Origin: a virus
IMG/VR virus record: IMGVR_UViG_3300027881_000536
Coordinates: 1-64,000 of that record
Reading direction: 5' to 3' (one strand)
Length of the DNA stretch: 64,000 nt
Within the stretch, counting starts at the first letter, position 1; each line of letters starts with the position of its first letter. The notes under the pieces are model-generated. The model was not told the DNA's origin and did not search any database. It was given only the letters and a program-made list of their open reading frames with translations. The position numbers and the translations under genes were made by a program. Of this stretch, positions 1-8,700 are shown piece after piece.

Positions 1-310
1 GGATGACAAGTTTGTCATCCATCAATACACTCTGCGTAAGTCCATTTATGGACTGACGCTGTGTGTCGGCTAATGCCTCTTTGTTCTGGGCCGCTAATTG
101 CTGACTCATGTATATCAATAGAGGCAGGGTGTAGTGGCCAATCGAGCATGACCATAAGACTTATGACCATATGGTCGGGAACCGAGCGACTACGGCGGTG
201 CAGTTTCCACACCGTCCTGACCAAATGATGCCACTGTTAGCCGGAGAAACGGCGTGTTGCACCCCGAAGTTGCCCTTCTACCAGCATGCGAACTAGAGAA
301 ATTTTTTCTG

Positions 311-330
311 GAAATTTTTTTATATTGCTC
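311..330 (+). promoter_or_regulatory. Candidate archaeal BRE/TATA promoter of the first late transcript
   Basis: AT-rich GAAATTTTTTTATATT about 45 nt upstream of ATG 370; the most AT-rich patch in the 5' region. Confidence 0.35.
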
Positions 331-369
331 CATAGCAAGTGTCAAATCGTAATACCCCTCCCGCGTGAC

Positions 370-975
370 ATGGCTCTAGAGGATGCTTGGGGAGTTCTCA
401 AGGACAAAGAGTACACTGGAGGCCAAAAGTCGTTCATTGACAGGGCTACCAAGAATCTGGACGAAGAGAAGTTAGGTATAGGCTCGTATTTCCACCAAGC
501 ATTCTACAAGATGAAAGCCGATGCTCAGAAGAAGGTTGGTGATATGCTCTCAAAGGACTTTGGGGCTGTAGATTGGAAGCACAATGCACTCTCAGGGAAC
601 CACATGGATGTGCAAGAGCACATGGAGCATGCAATGATGAGGGCTCAGATGCGTATGCACGCGATAAATGCAAATAATCTTGACCATCCCTGTCTACACA
701 GCGACAAGTGGTTCTACCAACCTAAGCACTTCAACAGCCCCCGCACACATGGTTTTGAATCACCAACGGGAGGTTTGTTTGACCGGGGTGAGCCTTTGCA
801 TGACATATTCGGTAACATGGACCATGGTGAAATGGAGCAATCCTTCAACCCAGGTGGAGTTCATCACCAAGAGAACATGCCCGAGGGGCTTGGAGCAGCG
901 CGCCCCTCAGCAGTAGGACCCCGAGAGAACTATCCTGACCATGCTGCACCTGGTTTCGGTGTCAGAGACCAATAA
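370..975 (+). CDS. Hypothetical His/Met-rich protein with N-terminal AWxxLK tag
   Basis: Track ORF 286..975; ATG 370 preferred (CGTGA SD-like, upstream extension lies in AT-rich promoter-like DNA); begins MALEDAWGVLK. Confidence 0.75.
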   Translation: MALEDAWGVLKDKEYTGGQKSFIDRATKNLDEEKLGIGSYFHQAFYKMKADAQKKVGDMLSKDFGAVDWKHNALSGNHMDVQEHMEHAMMRAQMRMHAINANNLDHPCLHSDKWFYQPKHFNSPRTHGFESPTGGLFDRGEPLHDIFGNMDHGEMEQSFNPGGVHHQENMPEGLGAARPSAVGPRENYPDHAAPGFGVRDQ

Positions 976-1007
976 TCTCAATATGGAATACCGTATGCGC
1001 GTAGCAT

Positions 1008-1484
1008 ATGGCGCTAGGTGTAGCGTGGGATTTTCTCAAGATGCAAGGATACCGCCATGCTGCAGGTATGGCAATTCGTCACCCTATGCACAAGAATCTC
1101 GTCTTGTGGCTAAGAAGGTCACCGGAAGAAGATACTATGCATGGTTTGTGGGAACTACCTGGCGGAAAAGTCGAAAGTAAGCATAGAGACCCACAACACA
1201 CTGCAGAAGAAGAAGTTATGGAAGAATGTGGACTCCCTGTCTCAAATGTTCAACATTGGGGACAACATATCGACCATGACATGCAGAAGGTGTATCATGG
1301 GTTCCACGGTGTTGCTGAGCATAGTGCAGTGACACTCCCTAGGAATCCAGAGACTGGTGTGCAAGAACATGACAAGTATGCGTGGATGGACCCACAGCAA
1401 ATGTTTGACAGAGATGACATACAGATAAGCCATCATGCCGATTACCTGTTTAACGAGTTGCAAAGCACAAATGGTGGTGAGTAG
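1008..1484 (+). CDS. Nudix hydrolase family protein with N-terminal AWxxLK tag
   Basis: Nudix box WELPGGKVE...TAEEEVMEECGL; C-terminal EHDKYAWMDP matches the usual EH....W motif; canonical RE is EE. Confidence 0.85.
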   Translation: MALGVAWDFLKMQGYRHAAGMAIRHPMHKNLVLWLRRSPEEDTMHGLWELPGGKVESKHRDPQHTAEEEVMEECGLPVSNVQHWGQHIDHDMQKVYHGFHGVAEHSAVTLPRNPETGVQEHDKYAWMDPQQMFDRDDIQISHHADYLFNELQSTNGGE

Positions 1485-2108
1485 GTGAATTTAGCCTTCA
1501 GAACCCATGAAGCGTACCTAGACCAGGCATGGCGAACACTCAAAGATAGTATCTTGCTGAAAATGCCGCCTAATCAGTATGGGGAACAACCTCAACACAG
1601 CACATATCATGTGTATCCAGAAATATGGCAAGAAGCAGGGGGGGCCAGAGCGGGTGAAAGCCATGATGGCCCACATCAGATGTGGACAATTCACGAATTA
1701 GAGGAGAAACTGGGTAGAAAACTGACTCCAGACGCCTTTACTACTTCCCCAGTCAATTGGGAAAGAGATACTAGAGGTCATCAAAGGCAGGCTAGACGGT
1801 TTTTCCCGAAAGAAGAAGCGATTATCCAAGATAGGTTGGGTGGTAAGGAGGGGATGGACAAACTAAGAGCAGATTGGGTGAGGTCTCGTTTAGGCTCTAC
1901 CAGAAGACCACAGACGGACACAGCAATAGCGGAGGAGATGGCGCGGATGAAGCGAATTCCCAATTATAAACAAATAGTTGCACAAGAAAAGAGGGGACGG
2001 AGACTCAATAGAAATTTGAGGGGTACTCCTGCAGTTTTACCTACTTTTCCTAGGCCGAAATACTCACTAGGGCAAGAAATGAAAAGGCAGGAGGAATCGC
2101 AAGTATGA
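1485..2108 (+). CDS. Hypothetical basic protein with AWxxLK tag and LExxLGRxLTxxxF-type domain
   Basis: GTG start after GGTGGTGA; YLDQAWRTLK; YHVYPEIWQEAG...LEEKLGRKLTPDAFTTSPVN. Confidence 0.75.
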   Translation: MNLAFRTHEAYLDQAWRTLKDSILLKMPPNQYGEQPQHSTYHVYPEIWQEAGGARAGESHDGPHQMWTIHELEEKLGRKLTPDAFTTSPVNWERDTRGHQRQARRFFPKEEAIIQDRLGGKEGMDKLRADWVRSRLGSTRRPQTDTAIAEEMARMKRIPNYKQIVAQEKRGRRLNRNLRGTPAVLPTFPRPKYSLGQEMKRQEESQV

Positions 2109-2114
2109 TACGCG

Positions 2115-2154
2115 CATACCCTATCCGACTGGGTATGAGTGCAGTGTATGCACT
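2115..2154. other. Two abutting inverted repeats in an intergenic gap
   Basis: CATACCC-N9-GGGTATG (2115-2137) and AGTGCA-N5-TGCACT (2138-2154). Confidence 0.6.
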
Positions 2155-2172
2155 ATAGTGGGTTGATTTCAA

Positions 2173-2499
2173 ATGATGAGTATCAAGGACTTAGAATATC
2201 TAAAAGGGTTCACTATGATATCTACCAGAGACCCCCTTACTGAGGCTTGGAATTTATTGAAGGCTGGTGAGGATGAGATAGAGAAAAGAATACATTCTGA
2301 AACAGTCGACCCCTTAACAGAATTAGGTCCTCAGACTACAGAACAAGAATGTGGTCAGTGTGAAGGGCAAGGATACATTCTCGTTGGTAGACAAGGTGTA
2401 GAAATGGCACAGGCATGTCCTGATTGTAAGGGGACTGGTCACATTACCACACATACTCCAATTTCAACTACTGGTGAGGGCTTGGAAGGATACCCATGA
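2173..2499 (+). CDS. Small DnaJ-type zinc-finger (2x CxxCxGxG) protein with AWxxLK tag
   Basis: CGQCEGQG and CPDCKGTG; PLTEAWNLLK; alternative start ATG 2215. Confidence 0.8.
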   Translation: MMSIKDLEYLKGFTMISTRDPLTEAWNLLKAGEDEIEKRIHSETVDPLTELGPQTTEQECGQCEGQGYILVGRQGVEMAQACPDCKGTGHITTHTPISTTGEGLEGYP

Positions 2500-4538
2500 T
2501 AGCATTTGAGAAAGGATGGGGTGTTCTCAAGGCTAGTCGTCTAGGTTCTCGAGAAAGAGATGCTGCACATAGAGCAAGACTCGTAGACCCGAAAAAAGAA
2601 TTTTCTGAGTACATAGACAAGCCTGGAGGCGGTCATAAGGACGCGGATGGGAAACTAATCAATCCTTTCTACAGAATAGACAAACCTTACGAGCGGGATG
2701 AGGATGGTGGTCAGGGTAGTTTGCAAGACAGAAATTTTCAGCATCATTGGGAACCATCTAAGTTTTCCAACATAATGGACCTGTCGGATTATCCAAATCC
2801 AGCATCACATCGTGCTAGAAAGAAGTTAGAAGATATCCTTTCTGGTAAGATGGAGAAGGTAGAGACTCAAAATAAAGAAACAGGGCTCAAAGTTACAAAT
2901 TGGAAGGCGAGAGCCAAGCCTTTACAGAATGATACTCATAAGTATGGGTTGAAACATGATAACAAGGAGATGCTGGGGCGGCAGGCTTTGCAACACCTTC
3001 AAGATTTGGGATTAGAAGCCGGTAGGGTCCGAGGACACATATTTGTCAAGATGCCTTCAGAACCAGATAAGAAAGGAGACCAGGTATTCGGCCCTAAGGA
3101 TGACCATGTCTTCTACATCCCTGTGGGTAGTCACGACCATGCTAGGCAGGAGTCTTGGCCAAATACAATTGCTGGACGAGATAAGAAATGGGAAATAGAC
3201 GAAGGTTCGCAAGACCCACATACTATGCGTGCACGAAAATATGCTCTACATAGTACAGGTCGTCGTGCACAAGGGCCAGTCAATGTAAAACAAGATGGTA
3301 AGGACAAGTCTAGTAAGATGTATCAGAATCATTACATAGATTATCTGAATCTAATGAATCCCTTCCATAGAAATAGTATTCTCTCCAAAGAGAGCAAATT
3401 GGAGGCTATAGACCCTGAAAAGGCTACCAAGAAGAGATTCGAGAAACAATACTGGAGCAGCAGGGATGCGTCGCAGAAGGTAATGCAGAATGAAATGATG
3501 GGTGGCCCCCCTGAAGGTACTGTTAGCAACCCTAATGTGAATATGACTGATATACACCCACGATTGAGTGGGTTAATAGAAAATGAATTACATGCTATGA
3601 AACATTGGTGGGAAGACCCTCGATTGAAAGCGAAGGATATCAAACAGATGATGCCTAACTTCTGGCATTTCAGTAATTTGAAGTGGGCACCTAAGCATGA
3701 GCAGTTGCCCAAGAAATGGTGGAAGAACAGAGCCAATGAGACTCTGAAGTTGAGCCAGTATCTCAAGGAGGGACCTCCACACCCTTCTATGCAAGAACCC
3801 GGCACATTTGATGGTGGGATGAGTGACACAACATCGTCTCTGCTTGAGCGAAATAAATTCAGACAGCAACATGGGGTAACAACTGATGATGGAAAATTAG
3901 TGCCACCATTACTTCCTACTGGTAGGGCTATAGACCAAGACAGAGGGGAGGTTCAGCCAGCAGGTCCAGGTGCAATTCAACCCCCTACTCAGAAGAGGGG
4001 TGGTTTGGGGCTTTCTGCTTTAGACACTATAAATCAGCCAAAAGAGCCATCCCCGCATATACCCCCTCCCAATAAGAGAATGCCAATCGAAGATGTAATG
4101 GAGGCTAACAAGGATGTCGACCCTACTATCAGAAGAGCCAATACATCACCATTGGAAGGGGCGTTCGATTCCATCATCAAAGTGATTCAACAACCACAGC
4201 CTTTCACTGGTATTGAAGGTAGAGCCCCTGACATTCCACAACCTAATCCTGATGCGGGGAAGATTTTTTGCAATGGTTGCGAACAACCATTCCCATTGAG
4301 TGATATAGTTCCCGTTCAAGCAACCAAGAGTGGGGAGGGAGCGATGTTTGATGCTTTTCGAGAGGTACCTCAAAATGAAAGACTTTGTCGTTCATGTCGG
4401 CAACACACCTCTCAGGGTGAACAAGGTATGTTGAATTGGGGGAGTGGCCAAGATTACAATCTAAACCCTCAAGATATGGACATCTATGTAAGTGGTGACC
4501 GACCCCCAATGACTGGTGGGAAGGTGATAGTAATATGA
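2496..4538 (+). CDS. 680-aa hypothetical protein, tagged, with C-terminal zinc finger
   Basis: N-terminal AFEKGWGVLK; late PLEGAFDSIIK; CNGC...CRSC; ATGA overlaps with neighbours. Confidence 0.85.
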   Translation: MIAFEKGWGVLKASRLGSRERDAAHRARLVDPKKEFSEYIDKPGGGHKDADGKLINPFYRIDKPYERDEDGGQGSLQDRNFQHHWEPSKFSNIMDLSDYPNPASHRARKKLEDILSGKMEKVETQNKETGLKVTNWKARAKPLQNDTHKYGLKHDNKEMLGRQALQHLQDLGLEAGRVRGHIFVKMPSEPDKKGDQVFGPKDDHVFYIPVGSHDHARQESWPNTIAGRDKKWEIDEGSQDPHTMRARKYALHSTGRRAQGPVNVKQDGKDKSSKMYQNHYIDYLNLMNPFHRNSILSKESKLEAIDPEKATKKRFEKQYWSSRDASQKVMQNEMMGGPPEGTVSNPNVNMTDIHPRLSGLIENELHAMKHWWEDPRLKAKDIKQMMPNFWHFSNLKWAPKHEQLPKKWWKNRANETLKLSQYLKEGPPHPSMQEPGTFDGGMSDTTSSLLERNKFRQQHGVTTDDGKLVPPLLPTGRAIDQDRGEVQPAGPGAIQPPTQKRGGLGLSALDTINQPKEPSPHIPPPNKRMPIEDVMEANKDVDPTIRRANTSPLEGAFDSIIKVIQQPQPFTGIEGRAPDIPQPNPDAGKIFCNGCEQPFPLSDIVPVQATKSGEGAMFDAFREVPQNERLCRSCRQHTSQGEQGMLNWGSGQDYNLNPQDMDIYVSGDRPPMTGGKVIVI

Positions 4539-4969
4539 ATCCGTTAGATGTTTCTTGGAGTATTATCAAAACTATGCCTCCTGGTGAGAGAAGACGAGTT
4601 CAGAGTCTGGAGGGGCGGGGATTAAACCCTACTCCTAGGGATATATTCAATATTCAACCCCCTAATGAAAATAAACATGGGATACCAAGCCCTAATGATT
4701 ACATATCATGGGAACAAGCGCTTGACCCATCTAGTCAACGAGATGTAACACAACAAGACTGGGATAATTTGAATAATCCAATGGAGGCGCGGGACCCACC
4801 GGGCCCATCACCTCAAACTACTCCAGAGCGTGTAGGTCCTGGAGATATGACTCCAGATGCAATAATGCGTTATACAAGGCCTCAGTTGGAGCAAATGATA
4901 CAACTGATACACAATGAGTTAAGTCGTAGACAGGATAACAAGAATATGGGTAAGGTGGGTGTCAGATGA
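4535..4969 (+). CDS. Hypothetical tagged protein, partial paralog of 44395..44790
   Basis: MNPLDVSWSIIK; C-terminal IMRYTRPQLEQMIQLIHNELSRR helix. Confidence 0.75.
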   Translation: MNPLDVSWSIIKTMPPGERRRVQSLEGRGLNPTPRDIFNIQPPNENKHGIPSPNDYISWEQALDPSSQRDVTQQDWDNLNNPMEARDPPGPSPQTTPERVGPGDMTPDAIMRYTRPQLEQMIQLIHNELSRRQDNKNMGKVGVR

Positions 4970-5574
4970 TGTTGAAGGCGAAAGGGGGTAGATGTCCTGC
5001 TTGTGGTGGTTCTGGGGTTATGCATCCTAGGAGATTTCAAGTTCCTTGTGGTATTTGTAATGGTACTGGGACCATGCAAAAGTCATTCAGATATAACCCT
5101 CCTCAAAATGCTGCTTGGTCATTCCTCAAAGATGCAGATTTGACTCCCGCACAATGGAAACCAGATGCTCAGCAAGGTGGTGGTCAGGGGGCTACAGTTG
5201 GTGAGGCTCCTAAGAAGAGTCCCGAGGAAGAGATGCGTGAGAAAGAGTCAGACCATAATATCAGCGTGAATAACCCAGCGACACAGGAATGGTTCACATC
5301 ACTTCTACCAGATGCAGTAGAGTTCCGTCAGAAGTTGATGAATACTATGTGGAATCCAGGTACAGCACTTCATTCCCCTAACTACAAGAAAGATGTCAAA
5401 CCTATGGAGAGGTCCGCTAAAGAGATAGATTCTCTCATTGCTCATATGAGGTCTATGCATGGTGATACCCCTGGTGCTGGGCGTGGAGTTATGCCAAATG
5501 GGTCCAGTAAAGGACCCAAGAATGATGCTGCGGCAAAATTTGAGAGGGAGTTTAGTGGTCCTGGTGGGGAATAA
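4966..5574 (+). CDS. DnaJ-type zinc-finger protein with AWxxLK tag
   Basis: CPACGGSG and CGICNGTG; PQNAAWSFLK. Confidence 0.8.
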   Translation: MMLKAKGGRCPACGGSGVMHPRRFQVPCGICNGTGTMQKSFRYNPPQNAAWSFLKDADLTPAQWKPDAQQGGGQGATVGEAPKKSPEEEMREKESDHNISVNNPATQEWFTSLLPDAVEFRQKLMNTMWNPGTALHSPNYKKDVKPMERSAKEIDSLIAHMRSMHGDTPGAGRGVMPNGSSKGPKNDAAAKFEREFSGPGGE

Positions 5575-5759
5575 TGCCATCAGTTAGTCCTAAGCAAAAG
5601 AAACTCATGGCTGCTTTATCTCATGGTTGGGAACCAAAGAGGCCTTTACCGAAACTCCCTCCTAAGGAAGTCGCTTTACGGTTTCACATAGCAGACTATC
5701 CTAGCCATGACTCCACTAAGAAGGCTTTCGATGTGGCTTGGGAATCTCTCAAGACTTGA
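5574..5759 (+). CDS. Small phage protein (MPSxSxxQxxxMAAxxH type) with C-terminal AWxxLK tag
   Basis: MPSVSPKQKKLMAALSH...VALRFHIAD resembles a small protein type recalled from many tailed phages; ends AFDVAWESLKT. Confidence 0.7.
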   Translation: MPSVSPKQKKLMAALSHGWEPKRPLPKLPPKEVALRFHIADYPSHDSTKKAFDVAWESLKT

Positions 5760-5783
5760 GATAGGTTGATGCGATGACCCCTC

Positions 5784-8700
5784 TTGGGGTCATATGTGCT
5801 AGTTAGCCCTGTAGACTCCGCATGGGAGATACTGAAAGGTCACATTCTCAAGGCTTCTGCAGGTGAACCACCTGATAAGACGGAGAGAAATCTCATCAAC
5901 GATATCTGCCATGAGAAGGGAAAGAATGCTAGAACTATTCTCAAGCAGCATGAGAATGATGAGAGACTGTTAGTGCGTCTAAATGAAATTGTTCGGAAGT
6001 ACGATAATGATTTCAATTTGGCTTCTGCGTCTGATAAGGAGCCTATTTACAGGGCTGTAACTGAGGACGGCTCTGCATTATGGCCAGCAGGCTGTGAAGA
6101 TGCTTTGTTTCAAAGCACATCCAAAATGGCTAGTGACCACTACAAGCGTATGTCTCCTAGTAAGTTCGTGAGTAACAAGGAGATAATGTTGCTTTCTAGA
6201 CACCCTGATGAATCAGCCGGTGCTATGCTTTCGGATAGACTTCGTGATTTAGTTGAACTGAATCCTGATGCAGCAGATGATGCTAAGAAGGAAGTTATGG
6301 CTCGTCTTGAAGACCATATATCAGAACTAGACCGTTCCGAAAAGACAGAGAAAACAGTTAGTGCGAGGATGAGGGGGCGTGAGGGAGAAGAGGGATATGA
6401 GAACCATGTTAGAGAGGTATTGCATAAACAGCACCGCATGAGAGTTCTCAAGAATCACTATCGTGATAGGGCAGCAAGTGAGATTGTCGGAGAGTTACAA
6501 GGAGTCAAGAAACATCATAGTACTTGCCCCGAGCATGGTGTGATAGGATTCCCAAATTGTGAATGCCCTTCAATTCTAGATTCACAAAGGTCAGATTATC
6601 TAACCTTGGAGCAGAGGATGGGTGGTAGACATCATCCTAGACATTGGGAGAATGAAAATCTGAAAAATGGAGTAGTTGCTTCCATTAATGATTTGGTTCA
6701 TATTATGTGTGAATTCTCAAATATGGCCAATAGTAGTACAATAAGAACTGATGGGGGAAGTAGGAAGGATAGATTAGAGCATTGGTGGAAGAACACTCCT
6801 TGGGACCAACGCAAAGTCATACTGGGATTGGAAATCAAGTACAAGGGAAAGCATTCCCCTAGTCTACCTTACTTGCTTGGTGAGTGGATGAATAATGATG
6901 ATAAGAGAGATTTCTTGCGTTTTGTTTCTGATTTCGAGGGTTCCAAGTCTAAAAGGAGGAGAGAGGGAACTGGAGCCAGAGGTAGAGCCGCTTCTACAGA
7001 CCCAGGAATAATAGGAGATTGGTCTTCCAATGATTTATTCCACTACCTCAGCCCTGATGAATCGTTTGCTTCTCCTGATACACACGCAGATGAGGATTCT
7101 CTAGGTGATACTACCTATGAGGATGTAGATGTGGGTGGAGCAGGTGACTCCGGTTATGGCGGTGAAACCCATTTTGGTCATGAGGGTGAGGGTGGTATCG
7201 AAGTAGAGGACGACCCTTATTCTGAGGAAGATATTGTAGGTTCTGAGTATGCCTCGCAAACAGGTTCAGTTAGAGGAGGTCGTAAGTCTCGTAAGCCACC
7301 CTTCCAAATTTATACACAGCAATGGTTTTCGACAAAAAAAGAGAAAGACGACTGGTTGGCAGATATGCAAGAGAGAGTGAAGTTATCTGAAAGTGGGGGA
7401 GAGACCGTTAACATAAGGAGAGATGGTAAAGAGATAGAAGTACCTTTGTTTCAATCCCATCACCCTGATTATTTGACTAAGAGTGAGATGAAGGATATAA
7501 TCGGGCAAAATGATTTTGCTGCAGAGTGTATTGAGAATCTCAATAAGGATGCAGCAGAAGACTTACTCGAAGAGAAGAGAGGTCATATGCAGAAGGAGAT
7601 AGATGAGAAGGGAGTATTGTATGATGGTCAGTCTCGAGGTCTTCGTGTCAGTCCCAAGACAATGGATTTGGCGTTAGAGGTTCTAGGTTTCTCTAGGACT
7701 CCTGAAGGTCAGAGATATGGTAAACTCAAAGATGCATTATTCACTGATGGTAAATTTATGAAGGAAAATCCTGACCATATACTGGATTCTGGCGTTGGGA
7801 GAGCCGCAATCAATAATCTTCTGCAAGGAGCAGAGAAGCACAGAGAGGCTGCTGGTCAAACAGTACGAACGATACAATGTACCAAATGTGGTGGGTCAAG
7901 AGTATCCAAAAGAAGGTCTAGCGGTAAAGGTGGTAGACTATATCCCTGTGGTAAATGCAGAGACCCTTTCACAGGCGAGTCTACTGGGTATACTACAGCA
8001 TACCGTGAAGGGGATGCCAGTCCTGAGCAGAAAGAGCAAATTATACATGATATGCGTAAGGAGTATGAGGATATAAAAGCCTCTTTCATACCATCAATCC
8101 GAGATTTAGCACATGAGGCAGGTTTCAGCAAGCAATGTCAAGGCTGTAAAGGTTCAGGAGAAGATGAAATTCTAAGAGATAGTGAAGGTAAACCTGAGAA
8201 GTGTATTGAGTGTGAAGGCTATGGTAATGATATTTTCCTAGAGCCTTATCTTAAGGACATATACACTAAGCAAGAGCAAGGGCTGAGTGCAGAAGAGGCC
8301 ATGGACGCTGCTATCAAAGACGCAGAGAGAAGACATAGTATTCTCAAGTATAGGGATAGAGAGAGATTACACGACAAGAGAATGTCTGACCTTGAGAAGT
8401 ATGGCTTACTTTCCAATGGGGTGCCTGCACTCTTTTACATGAATAGGCTTCATGAAAAAATCGGCTCAAATGGCGGAGGTGTTCTGAATAGGAAGGCTCT
8501 TGAGGCACATCGAAAAGAAATTTTAGATGAAAGTCCAGACATAGGTTTCCACCGACTTAAACAAGAATTGGCAGATAGGTTACTGAAGGTCTTCAGTTAC
8601 ATAGATAGAAAGCATGATTATCATGGTTTGAAACTGGCTGATGCTATCCATTCTCCTTATTTTGAGGAACTTCTCAACATCTTATCTGAAAAGCCTCATT

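Noticed and set aside
15-224. Minus-strand 69-aa ORF
   Set aside because: TTG start, no SD, no recognisable features; overlaps palindrome-rich DNA.
286-369. Track start sites at 286, 22719, 41512, 44777 and 47183
   Set aside because: Downstream starts (370, 22746, 41545, 44792, 47216) have better SD spacing and avoid long overlaps.
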